Below are positions 19,982 through 30,528 of a stretch of DNA of 64,000 nucleotides, one piece after another. The position numbers were made by a program, and so were the translations under genes. This DNA is from an uncultured Caulobacteraceae bacterium (GTDB lineage: Bacteria > Pseudomonadota > Alphaproteobacteria > Caulobacterales > Caulobacteraceae): contig CAXTBN010000008.1 in NCBI GenBank assembly GCA_964242895.1, positions 1,674 to 65,673 on the forward strand, in the 5' to 3' direction. How positions within the stretch are numbered: the stretch's first letter is position 1; the number at the start of each line of letters is the position of its first letter. The notes beneath the pieces are model-generated. The model had not been told where the DNA came from. It saw only the letters and a program-made list of their open reading frames with translations, and did no database searches.

Positions 19982-22150
19982 TCAGGCCGCCAGCTTCACC
20001 GCCTTCGCGCCGTAGAAGCTCTCGCCGCGGGCGGCCATGTCGCGCAGGAGCTGGGGCGGGGTGAAGCGCGGGCCGTATTTCTGGGCCAGGGCGTCGCACT
20101 GCTCCACGAAGGCCGCCGCGCCGATCCCGTCGATCAAGCTGGCGGGGCCGCCCGTCCAGGGCGCGAAGCCCCAGCCGAGGATGGCGCCCACGTCGGCCTC
20201 GCGCGGGTCGGTGACCACGCCCTCCTCCATGCAGCGCGCCATCTCCACCGCCTGGCGGTGCAGCAGGCGCTGCTTCAGCTCGGCCACGACCGGCGGCGGC
20301 GCGTCGGCCTGGGTGACGGGCGCGACCTCCGACAGGCCGGGCCACAAACTCTTCTTGCCGCCCTCGGGGTAGTCGTAGAAGCCCTTCCTGTTCTTGCGGC
20401 CGTAGCGGCCCAGCTCGCCGACCATCTTCTCCATGATGCCCTGGAACTTGGGCGCCACGTACTTGTCGCCGAGGTCCTTTTGCGTCTGCTGGGCGATCTT
20501 GTAGGAGAGGTCCAGCGCCACGTCGTCGTGCATCTCCAGCGGGCCGCGGGGCATGCCGGTCATGCGGCCGACGTTGTCGATGATGGCGGGCGCGATCCCG
20601 TCGGCCAGCATCTCCATGCCCTCCTGCACGAAGGTGCCGAAGCAGCGCGACGTGTAGAAGCCGCGGCTGTCGTTGACGACGATGGGCGTTTTCTTGATCT
20701 TGAGGACGTAGTCGATCGCCTTGGCCAGCGCCTCGTCGCCCGTCGCCTCCCCCATGATGATCTCGACCAGGCCCATCTTGTCGACCGGCGAGAAGAAGTG
20801 GATGCCGATGAAGTCGGCCGGGCGCGCGCTCGCCTCCGCAAGCCCGGTGATCGGCAGGGTGGAGGTGTTGGAGCCGAACACCGCGCCCGCCGCCAGCATC
20901 GCCTCCGCCTTGCGCGTGACCTCGGCCTTGATGTCGCGGTTCTCGAACACCGCCTCGACCACCAGATCGCAGCCGCGCACGTGCTCGTAGTCGGACGTGG
21001 GCGTGATCAGCGCCAGCACGCCGTCCGCCTTCTCCTGCGTCATGCGGCCCTTGCCGACCGCCTTGTTGATCAGGTCGGCGGCGTAGCCTTTGCCCTTCTC
21101 GGCGGCCTCTTGCGTGGTGTCGATCAGCACGGTCTCGATGCCGGCCATGGCCTGCACGTAGGCGACACCCGCGCCCATCATGCCCGCGCCGATCACGGCC
21201 ACCTTCTTCGGGTCGGACTTGGCCGGCGCTTGAGGCCGCACCGCGCCCTTGCCCAGCGCCTGCATGGAGCCGAACAGGGTGCGGATCATGCCGGTGGCCT
21301 GCGGCGTCATCAGCGTGCGCGCGAAGTAGCGGCTCTCGATGCGCAGCGCCGCCTCGATCGGCACCTGCAGGCCTTCATAGACCGCCTTCATGATGTTCAC
21401 CTGCGCCGGGTAGTTGCCGTAGCTCTGCTTGCGCAGCATGGCGTTGCCCATGACAAAGATCTGCTGCGTGCCCTTGGTGTAGGGGCCGCCGCCGGGGACC
21501 TTGAAGTCCTTCTTGTCCCAGCGCGCGACGGGATCGCCCGTCTTCACCCACGCCTTGGCGGCCTCCACCTCCTGCCCGCGCGGAACGATCTGGTCGACCA
21601 CGCCCGCGCTCTTGGCGTCGGCGGGGCGGAAGCTCTTGCCCTCCAGGAGGTACGGCGCGGCGGCCATCACGCCCATCAGGCGGGGCAGCCGCTGTGTGCC
21701 GCCGCCGCCGGGGAGGAGGCCGACCTTGGCCTCGGGCAGGCCGATCTGCACCTTGGGGTCGTCCACCAGCACCCGGTGGTGGCAGGCGAGCGCCAGCTCC
21801 AGCCCGCCGCCCATGGCCACGCCCGCGATGGCCGCCGCCACCGGCTTGCCGCAGGTCTCCAGCGCGCGGAAGTTCTTGTTGATGGCGTAGACGCGCTCGA
21901 ACACCGCCGCCGGCGAGGCCGGGCCCGAGCCGGAGCCCATCTCTCCGAGATCGGCCCCGGCGCAGAAGCCGGATGCCTTGCCCGAGGCGATCACCGCGCC
22001 CTTGATGGCGGGGTCGGTCCTGATGCGCTCCACCACCTGCGGCAGCTCGGCCATGACCTGCCCGGTGAGCGTGTTCATGGAGCGGCCGGGCACGTCGAAG
22101 GTGACCAGCGCGATCCCGTCGGCGTCCACGTCGATCTTGAAGGTTTCCAT
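19982..22150 (-). CDS. fadB: multifunctional enoyl-CoA hydratase / 3-hydroxyacyl-CoA dehydrogenase (FadB/FadJ type)
   Basis: 722 aa. N-terminal crotonase fold (GFCAGADL) and NAD-binding VIGAGMMGAGVAY. Confidence 0.9.
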   Translation of the reverse strand: METFKIDVDADGIALVTFDVPGRSMNTLTGQVMAELPQVVERIRTDPAIKGAVIASGKASGFCAGADLGEMGSGSGPASPAAVFERVYAINKNFRALETCGKPVAAAIAGVAMGGGLELALACHHRVLVDDPKVQIGLPEAKVGLLPGGGGTQRLPRLMGVMAAAPYLLEGKSFRPADAKSAGVVDQIVPRGQEVEAAKAWVKTGDPVARWDKKDFKVPGGGPYTKGTQQIFVMGNAMLRKQSYGNYPAQVNIMKAVYEGLQVPIEAALRIESRYFARTLMTPQATGMIRTLFGSMQALGKGAVRPQAPAKSDPKKVAVIGAGMMGAGVAYVQAMAGIETVLIDTTQEAAEKGKGYAADLINKAVGKGRMTQEKADGVLALITPTSDYEHVRGCDLVVEAVFENRDIKAEVTRKAEAMLAAGAVFGSNTSTLPITGLAEASARPADFIGIHFFSPVDKMGLVEIIMGEATGDEALAKAIDYVLKIKKTPIVVNDSRGFYTSRCFGTFVQEGMEMLADGIAPAIIDNVGRMTGMPRGPLEMHDDVALDLSYKIAQQTQKDLGDKYVAPKFQGIMEKMVGELGRYGRKNRKGFYDYPEGGKKSLWPGLSEVAPVTQADAPPPVVAELKQRLLHRQAVEMARCMEEGVVTDPREADVGAILGWGFAPWTGGPASLIDGIGAAAFVEQCDALAQKYGPRFTPPQLLRDMAARGESFYGAKAVKLAA

Positions 22151-22167
22151 GGTCGTCGGCTCCCGGC

Positions 22168-23373
22168 TCAGACGCGTTCGATGACGGTGGCGGTGCCCAT
22201 GCCGGCGCCGACGCAGAGGGTGACGAGCGCGGTCTCCTTGTCCGACCGCTCCAGCTCGTCGAGCACGGTGCCGAGGATCATGGCCCCGGTGGCGCCCAGG
22301 GGGTGGCCCATGGCGATGGCGCCGCCGTTCACGTTCATCTTCTCGTGCGGGATGTCGAGCGCCTGCATCATGCGCAGCACCACGGCCGCGAAGGCCTCGT
22401 TCAGCTCGTAGAGGTCGATGTCGGCGACCTGCATGCCGAGCTTCTTCAGCAGCTTCTCGGTGACGTAGCTCGGGCCGGTGAGCATGATCGAGGGCTCGGA
22501 GCCGATGGAGGCCATGCCCTTCACGCGCGCGCGCGGCTTCAGGCCCAGGGCGTCGCCCATCTCCTTGGTGCCGAACAGGACGCCCGCGGCGCCATCGACG
22601 ATGCCCGAGCTATTGCCGGCGTGGTGGACGTGGTTCACGCGCTCCACCTGCGGATAGCGCTGGGTCACCACGGCGTCGAAGGCCATCTCGCCGACGGTCG
22701 TGAAGGCAGGGTTCAGCGAGCCCAGGGACTGCATGGTGGTGGACGGACGCATGTGCTCGTCGGTCGCCAGGATCGGCAGACCGAGCTGGTCCTTCACCGC
22801 GATGACGCTGCGGTCGAAGCGCTTCTCCTCCCAGGCGAGGGCGGCGCGGCGCTGGCTCTCGACCGCGTAGCCGTCCACGTCGTCGCGGCTGAAGCCGTGC
22901 AGGGTGGCGATCAGGTCCGCGCCGATGCCCTGGGGAGCGAAGTAGGTCTTGAAGGCGCTGGAGGGGTCGATCGGCCAGGCGCCGGAGTCGCTGCCCATGG
23001 GCACGCGGCTCATGCTCTCCACGCCGCCGCCGACGGCCATGTCGGCCTCGCCGGTCATCACCTTCGCGGCGGCCATGTTGCAGGCCTCCAGGCCCGAGGC
23101 GCAGAAGCGGTTGATCTGCACGCCGGCGGTGGTCTCGGCCCAGTCGGCGTTGAGCACGGCGGTGCGCGCGATGTCGCTGCCCTGCTCGCCGGTGGGCGAG
23201 ACGCAGCCCAGCACCACGTCGTCGACCTTGGAGGTGTCCAGCCCGTTGCGGTCGCGCAGCTGCTCGAGCACCTGGGTGGCGAGCGAGAGCGCGGTGATCT
23301 CGTGCAGGGCCCCGTCGGACTTGCCGCGGCCGCGCGGGGTGCGCACGGCGTCGTAGATGTAGGCGTCGGCCAT
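22168..23373 (-). CDS. fadA: acetyl-CoA C-acyltransferase (FadA type thiolase)
   Basis: Inner ATG (MADAYIYDAVRTPRG). NRFCASGLEA, GGAIAMGHPLGATGA, CVGAGMG. Confidence 0.9.
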   Translation of the reverse strand: MADAYIYDAVRTPRGRGKSDGALHEITALSLATQVLEQLRDRNGLDTSKVDDVVLGCVSPTGEQGSDIARTAVLNADWAETTAGVQINRFCASGLEACNMAAAKVMTGEADMAVGGGVESMSRVPMGSDSGAWPIDPSSAFKTYFAPQGIGADLIATLHGFSRDDVDGYAVESQRRAALAWEEKRFDRSVIAVKDQLGLPILATDEHMRPSTTMQSLGSLNPAFTTVGEMAFDAVVTQRYPQVERVNHVHHAGNSSGIVDGAAGVLFGTKEMGDALGLKPRARVKGMASIGSEPSIMLTGPSYVTEKLLKKLGMQVADIDLYELNEAFAAVVLRMMQALDIPHEKMNVNGGAIAMGHPLGATGAMILGTVLDELERSDKETALVTLCVGAGMGTATVIERV

Positions 23374-23378
23374 GGTGG

Positions 23379-23864
23379 TCAGGCTCCCTGCAGGGCTGTT
23401 CGGTGGACCGGGACGGGTTCGACCCGCACCTCGGTGAGGACGGAGTTGGCGATGTTGCAGGCGTCGTGCGCCCGGTGGTGGATGGCCGCCAGCGTGGCGG
23501 CGTCGGCGTCGCACTCGACCTCGGGGCGCAGGACGCACTCGGTCAGGCCGATGCGGCCGGTGGCGGCGAACTTGCCCATGCGGGCTGCGGGCTCGTCGCG
23601 GTAGGCGCGCACCAGAACACCTTCACGGCGAGCGAAGTCGAGGAACCACAGCATGTGGCAGGCGGAGAGGCTGGCCACGAGCAGCTCCTCCGGGTCGGCG
23701 GCGGCCTCCACGCTCCAGGGCGCACGCACGACCGACGGCGAGGCGGAGCCGGGGATGGAGACGCCACCGTCGAAGCTGATCTCGTGCCCGCGCGAGTAGC
23801 GGCCTGCGAGAAAGTCTTCGCCCGGGCGCAGGCGCCAGCTCACGATTGCCTCGTGCGTGCTCAC
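23379..23864 (-). CDS. OsmC family peroxiredoxin-like protein
   Basis: Two conserved Cys blocks (LSACHML, AHDACNIAN). The GTG start overlaps the upstream SDR stop (GTGA). Confidence 0.75.
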   Translation of the reverse strand: MSTHEAIVSWRLRPGEDFLAGRYSRGHEISFDGGVSIPGSASPSVVRAPWSVEAAADPEELLVASLSACHMLWFLDFARREGVLVRAYRDEPAARMGKFAATGRIGLTECVLRPEVECDADAATLAAIHHRAHDACNIANSVLTEVRVEPVPVHRTALQGA

Positions 23865-24670
23865 CGGCCCATGCCGCCGAGCCGGTAGCCGACCAGGGTG
23901 GAGCCGCCGTCCACGTCCAGGATCGCGCCCGTGACGTAGCGGCCCGCGGGCGAGCACAGGTAGACGGCGGCGTCGCCGATCTCGTCGGCGCGGCCGTAGC
24001 GGCCCAGCGGCACGTTGGCCTTGGCGGCGGCCTCCGCCTCCGGCGTGGGGGCGAGGCGCGCCATGCCCTCGGTGCCCTCGATCGGGCCGGGCGTGATGGC
24101 GTTGACCCGGATGCCCATGGCCCCCCACTCCAGCGCGAGGCACTGGACGAGCATGTTCACGCCCGCCTTGGCCGCGCAGACATGGGCCTGCAGGGCGGCC
24201 GGCTTCTTCGCCTGTCCCGCGGTGATGGCGATCAGCGAGGCGCCCTCGGCGAGATGCTGATGTCCGGCGCGGAACAGGTTGAACGTGCCCAGGAGGTCGA
24301 TGCCGACCACAGCGGCGAAGGCGTTGGCGCTCATGCCGAGCGCCGGCGCCGGAAAGTTGCCCGCCTGCCCGGCGATCAGGATGTCGAGCTTCCCCAGCTC
24401 GGCCGCGGCGGCCGCCAGCACCCCCTCCACCGCGCTGTAGTCGCGCACGTCGGCAGTGAGCGCGAGCGCGCACGGACGCCCGGCTTCACGGTCGATCTCT
24501 GCGGCGGCGGCGTCCGCCTTCTCCGGATTGCGGCCGAGCACCGCTACACGCGCGCCTAGTCCGGCGAAGCGCTTGGCGATGCCCAGGTTGATGCCGCTGG
24601 TGCCGCCGGCGATGAAGGCGGTCTTCCCCGCCAGGAGATCGGGCGCGAAGGTCTCTTGGGCGTGGGTCAT
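23861..24670 (-). CDS. SDR, 2,4-dienoyl-CoA reductase-like
   Basis: IAGGTSGINLGI cofactor motif and HVCAAKAG in place of YxxxK, as in DECR-type enzymes. Confidence 0.75.
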   Translation of the reverse strand: MTHAQETFAPDLLAGKTAFIAGGTSGINLGIAKRFAGLGARVAVLGRNPEKADAAAAEIDREAGRPCALALTADVRDYSAVEGVLAAAAAELGKLDILIAGQAGNFPAPALGMSANAFAAVVGIDLLGTFNLFRAGHQHLAEGASLIAITAGQAKKPAALQAHVCAAKAGVNMLVQCLALEWGAMGIRVNAITPGPIEGTEGMARLAPTPEAEAAAKANVPLGRYGRADEIGDAAVYLCSPAGRYVTGAILDVDGGSTLVGYRLGGMGR

Positions 24671-24679
24671 CGCCGGACG

Positions 24680-26464
24680 CTACGCCGCGAAAGCTTCGGC
24701 GGGCAGTGACATCATCGTGTCCGCGCCCGTCTTGAGCTTGGCGAGGTGCGCCGCGCCCTCGGGCGCGATGCGCTCGGCGAAGTAGCGGGCGGTGACCAGC
24801 TTGTGCGCGTAGAAGGGGTCGGCCTCGCCCGCCGCGATCTTCGCCTGTGCCGCGACCGCCATCTTCAGCCACATCAGCGACAGCGCCGTGAGGCCGAACA
24901 GGTGCAGGTAGTCGGTGGAGGCGGCGCCCGCGTTGTCCGGGTTGGCCATGCCGTTCTGCATCAGCCAGAAGGTCGCCTCCTGCAGCTGCGCCTTCAGGCC
25001 GGAGAGGCTGTCGGCGAAGGGCTTGGCGTCAGCGGGCGCCTCGGCCACCGCGGCGTCCACGTCGGCGAAGAAGCTCATGGCCGCGCGCCCGCCCTTGGCG
25101 GCGAGCTTGCGGCCGACGAGGTCCAGCGCCTGCACGCCGTTGGTGCCCTCGTAGATCAGGGCGATGCGGCAGTCGCGCAGGTACTGACTGACGGGAAAGT
25201 GCTCGGTGAAGCCGGAGCCGCCGTGCACCTGCATGGCGTCCTTGCAGACGGCGAACCCCTTCTCGGTCAGGAAGGCTTTCACCACGGGCGTCAGCAGACC
25301 CATGTAGTCGGCCGCCTTCTCCGCCTGCGCGGCGTCGGGGCTGGCCTGCAGGTCGCCCTGCAGCGCGGTCCACAGCATGAAGGCGCGGCCGCCTTCGTTG
25401 AGCGCGCGGGCGTCCATCAGCATGCGGCGCACGTCGGGGTGGACGACGATGGGGTCGGCGGGGCCGTCCGGGTTCTTCGGCCCGGTGAGCGAGCGGCCCT
25501 GCAGGCGATCCAGCGCGAAGGCGGCGGCAGCCTGGTAGGCGGCCTCGCCCTGGGCGAGGCCCTGCACGCCGACGCCGAGGCGGGCCTCGTTCATCATCAC
25601 GAACATGAGCTTCAGGCCGGAGTTCTCCGGACCCACGATCCAGCCCTGCGCGTCCTCGTAGGCCATCACGCAGGTGGCGTTGCCGTGGATGCCCATTTTC
25701 TCTTCAAGCCCGACGCACGCCACGCCGTTGCGCACGCCGGGAGCGCCTTGGGCGTCCGGGATAAACTTGGGCACGATGAACAGACTGATGCCCTTCACGC
25801 CCGCGGGCGCGCCCTCGATGCGGGCCAGCACGAGGTGCACGATGTTGTCCGCCATGTCGTGCTCGCCGCCCGAGATCCAGATCTTCTGGCCGGTGATGCG
25901 GTAGGACCCGTCCGCCTGCGGGACCGCTTTGGTGCGCAGCAGTCCCAGGTCGGTGCCGCACTGCGGCTCGGTCAGGTTCATGGTGCCGCCCCACTCGCCC
26001 GAGACGAGCTTGGGGCAGTAGAGCGCCTTCTGTTCGTCCGACCCGCCCTCGTGGATGGCGGCGTAGCAGCCGTGCGTCAGGCCCGGGTACATGCCGAAAG
26101 CCATGTTGGCGGCCGACTGCATCTCGGCGAAGGCCATGGACACCACGTTGGGCAGCCCCTGCCCGCCGTAAGCCGGGTCTGAGCCCAGCGCCGGCCAGCC
26201 CGCCTCCACCATTTGGCGGTAGGCGTCCTTGAACCCCTCCGGCGTCTTGACCGTGTTGTCCGCCGACCAAGTGCAGCCCTCCACGTCGCCGACGTGGTTC
26301 AGCGGCGCGAGCACGCCCTCGGCGAACTTGGCGGCCTCCTCCAGCACCTGCTCCACCGTCTCGGCGGAAGCGTCGGCGAAGCCGGGCAGGTTGGCGTGGG
26401 CGTCCAGGTTCAAGACGTCGCGCAGGACGAACATCTGGTCGCGGACGGGGGCGCGGTAAGGCAT
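24680..26464 (-). CDS. long-form acyl-CoA dehydrogenase
   Basis: 594 aa. ACAD middle and C-terminal blocks (QKIWISGGEHD, YEGTNGVQALDLVGRK) plus an extra C-terminal domain. Confidence 0.88.
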   Translation of the reverse strand: MPYRAPVRDQMFVLRDVLNLDAHANLPGFADASAETVEQVLEEAAKFAEGVLAPLNHVGDVEGCTWSADNTVKTPEGFKDAYRQMVEAGWPALGSDPAYGGQGLPNVVSMAFAEMQSAANMAFGMYPGLTHGCYAAIHEGGSDEQKALYCPKLVSGEWGGTMNLTEPQCGTDLGLLRTKAVPQADGSYRITGQKIWISGGEHDMADNIVHLVLARIEGAPAGVKGISLFIVPKFIPDAQGAPGVRNGVACVGLEEKMGIHGNATCVMAYEDAQGWIVGPENSGLKLMFVMMNEARLGVGVQGLAQGEAAYQAAAAFALDRLQGRSLTGPKNPDGPADPIVVHPDVRRMLMDARALNEGGRAFMLWTALQGDLQASPDAAQAEKAADYMGLLTPVVKAFLTEKGFAVCKDAMQVHGGSGFTEHFPVSQYLRDCRIALIYEGTNGVQALDLVGRKLAAKGGRAAMSFFADVDAAVAEAPADAKPFADSLSGLKAQLQEATFWLMQNGMANPDNAGAASTDYLHLFGLTALSLMWLKMAVAAQAKIAAGEADPFYAHKLVTARYFAERIAPEGAAHLAKLKTGADTMMSLPAEAFAA

Positions 26465-26474
26465 CGAGGTCTCG

Positions 26475-26951
26475 TCAGTCGTGCGGGTGGGCGTCGCCGA
26501 GGCCGGCGCGTAGGACGGTGGCGTAATCCTCGGCCTGCGGCAGCAGGTCGGGGCGGATGGCGGAGAGCTTGGCCTCCAGGCGCGAGGCGCCCGTCTCGAG
26601 GGTCACCAGAGCGCGGTCGATGTCCTCCCGCTGGGCGTGCAGCGCCAGGATGCGCTCGCGCACCTTGGGCAGGGTGGCGGCCATCTGCGCGGCCCCGCCA
26701 TCGTTCTCGTCGTAGAGATCGAGCAGTTCGCGCAGGTCGGCCAAGCTGAAGCCCAGGCGCTTGCCCTGCATGATCAGCCCCAGCCTCGCCCGGTCGCGCG
26801 GGCCGTAGACGCGGTTCAGCCCGTCGCGCGCCGGGCTGAGCAGCCCCTTGTCCTCATAGAAGCGCAGCGCGCGCGCGGTGGCGCCGAACTCGATGCAGAG
26901 CTGGCGGATCGTCCAGGTGCGGTCGAGCGCGCGGCGGAGGGCGGCTGGCAT
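26475..26951 (-). CDS. MerR family transcriptional regulator (LiuR-like, heads the beta-oxidation operon)
   Basis: HTH WTIRQLCIEFGATARALRFYEDKGLL. The inner ATG was chosen because a promoter-like element lies at 26981-27009. Confidence 0.8.
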   Translation of the reverse strand: MPAALRRALDRTWTIRQLCIEFGATARALRFYEDKGLLSPARDGLNRVYGPRDRARLGLIMQGKRLGFSLADLRELLDLYDENDGGAAQMAATLPKVRERILALHAQREDIDRALVTLETGASRLEAKLSAIRPDLLPQAEDYATVLRAGLGDAHPHD

Positions 26952-26980
26952 GAGGGCGGTTCCGCGACGAAGACCGCGGG

Positions 26981-27009
26981 CATTTAGCTTCCCCTTACGC
27001 AAACGTCAA
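26981..27009 (-). promoter_or_regulatory. candidate sigma-73-like promoter of the MerR/beta-oxidation operon
   Basis: Minus strand reads TTGACGT-N14-GCTAAATG (consensus TTGACGS-N10-14-GCTANAWC), about 30 nt upstream of the ATG at 26951. Confidence 0.4.
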
Positions 27010-27085
27010 CCTACGCGCTCAACCTTGACGCGAGTCTTGGAAGTGTTCAGCTTTCGGGAGTGCCTCACGCACCCGGAGACCACTC

Positions 27086-27445
27086 ATGAAGCGCGCAGAC
27101 ATCGCCCGCCACGTCGCCCAGCATCTGTTTACGGCGGAGGACGCCCTGGACGTCACCATCCGCGACTTCGCCCGGCTGACGGCCGAGCTGATGGAGGCGC
27201 GCACGCGCATGGGGCTGTCCGCCGCCGTCGGGCCCGAGGTCGTGGCGCGGGCGGCGTCCGTGCAGGCCGCGCTGGCGGACGCCCGCACCGAGGCGGCCGC
27301 CCTGCACGCCGCCCTCGCCGCGGTGAAGGACGGCGTGGGCCTGCGCACCGTCGCGGTGGGGGCAGGCGACAAGGGCGACGATCCGGACGCCGTGCCCATG
27401 TGGCCGCTCGGCGCGACGGTCCAGCCCCTGCGCGCGGCCGGCTGA
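27086..27445 (+). CDS. hypothetical protein
   Basis: 119 aa, high GC3, Ala-rich helical. No family recognised. Confidence 0.5.
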   Translation: MKRADIARHVAQHLFTAEDALDVTIRDFARLTAELMEARTRMGLSAAVGPEVVARAASVQAALADARTEAAALHAALAAVKDGVGLRTVAVGAGDKGDDPDAVPMWPLGATVQPLRAAG

Positions 27446-27608
27446 GGCGCCCCGCCCCTCCGCACGGCGGCCCGTAAGGGCTTGGAATGACGGGGCGGAG
27501 GGGCTACAGCCCCGTCCAGAACGGGCGCGGGGCCGGCTGGCGCCGACGGTTTCGCCGCGGCGCGCCGCCCCGCCCTCGACGACGATCCAAGAGGCTGAAA
27601 AGGCGCCC

Positions 27609-28691
27609 ATGTCCGCAACGACCCCGAGTCGGGGAGCGACCCTCACGACCGCCGGCCTGGCCACCGGCGTGCTCCTCCTGTTCTCGGCCGCGGGCGCCCG
27701 CGCGGCGGACCTCCTGGGCCAGCCCACGCCGGGCGCCATCGGCATGCAGCCGGGCGCGTCGCCCCTGCGCCACTCGGCGATCTGGTTCAACGACTGGGTG
27801 CTGACGCCCATCATCGTGGCCATCTGCCTGTTCGTGCTGGCGCTGCTGGCGTGGGTGGTCTTCAGGTTCAACGCCAAGGCGAACCCGACCCCCGCGCGCT
27901 TCACTCACAACACGGCGGTCGAGATCGTCTGGACGCTCGCGCCCGTCCTGATCCTGATGTTCATCGCCATCTTCTCGTTCCGGCTGCTGTACGCCTATCA
28001 CGACATGCCCAAGCCCGATGTGACCGTGAAGGTGACCGGCAACCAGTGGTACTGGACTTACGAGTATCCGGAGGCCGGCGGCTTCTCCTTCGACTCGATC
28101 CCGCTCAAGGAAAAGGAGGCCGAGGCCAAGGGCCCGGGCCTGTACCGCTTGGCCGTGGACAACCCGATGGTGGTGCCCGTGCACGCCAACGTGCAGGTGC
28201 TGGCCACCGGCGCCGACGTGCTGCACTCCTTCTTCGTGCCGGCGTTCGGCATCCAGGAGACGACCATCCCGGGACGCATCAACCAGACCGGGTTCTACAC
28301 CGAGCGCGAAGGCGTCTATTACGGCCAGTGTAACGAGCTCTGCGGCGTGAACCACAGCTTCATGCCCATCGAGATCGACGTGGTCAGCCCCGCCAAGTAC
28401 CAAGCCTGGCTCGCGGGCCACACCAAGAAGACCCCCGCCGCCGTCGCCGCGAACACGGGCGCTTCGCCCACTCCGACGCCCGTCGCCGGCCAAGCCGCCA
28501 CGGGCGCCACGGGCGCCACGCCGCCGGTGAACGGCCCGAACGGCGCCACGGTCGGCCCTGTCGCCGGCGCGGCCGCCTCGCCGGCCGCCGCCGCCCCCGC
28601 TCCGGCCGCGCAGACCGGCCCGCTGGGCAAGGCCAAGGTCGCCCCCGCGACCAAGCCGGTGTCGGCCAACGCCGCCTCGCCGGCCGGCTGA
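27609..28691 (+). CDS. coxB: cytochrome c oxidase subunit II with Ala/Pro-rich C-terminal extension
   Basis: Signal and TM segments. CuA motif HSFFVP...CNELCGVNHSFM. About 95 extra low-complexity residues after the cupredoxin domain. Confidence 0.9.
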   Translation: MSATTPSRGATLTTAGLATGVLLLFSAAGARAADLLGQPTPGAIGMQPGASPLRHSAIWFNDWVLTPIIVAICLFVLALLAWVVFRFNAKANPTPARFTHNTAVEIVWTLAPVLILMFIAIFSFRLLYAYHDMPKPDVTVKVTGNQWYWTYEYPEAGGFSFDSIPLKEKEAEAKGPGLYRLAVDNPMVVPVHANVQVLATGADVLHSFFVPAFGIQETTIPGRINQTGFYTEREGVYYGQCNELCGVNHSFMPIEIDVVSPAKYQAWLAGHTKKTPAAVAANTGASPTPTPVAGQAATGATGATPPVNGPNGATVGPVAGAAASPAAAAPAPAAQTGPLGKAKVAPATKPVSANAASPAG

Positions 28692-28732
28692 CGCGTCCCT
28701 ACATGCTCCTCCCCACCTCCCCGAACCTCTAG

Positions 28733-30415
<1,683 letters not shown>

Positions 30416-30471
30416 CGGCTCCCGCCCGCCCGCGGCCTTGAAGGGGCCGCGGATCGGGTGTCTTCCCCTCC

Positions 30472-30513
30472 GGGCGCGCGGACCTGCAGACGGTCCGCGC
30501 GCCCTTCGCTTTT
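30472..30513 (+). terminator. strong hairpin with U-rich tail between ctaD and ctaB
   Basis: Perfect 13-bp stem GGGCGCGCGGACC/GGTCCGCGCGCCC, 7-nt loop, then TTCGCTTTT. Confidence 0.5.
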
Positions 30514-30528
30514 CCGGGACTCCCCACC

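Noticed and set aside
27004-27030. Inverted repeat CGTCAA-N15-TTGACG, considered as a MerR operator.
   Set aside because: Back-to-back TTGACG -35 elements explain it more simply. The minus-strand copy has a well-spaced GCTAAATG -10-like element for the MerR operon. I cannot recall a LiuR motif with enough certainty to claim an operator.
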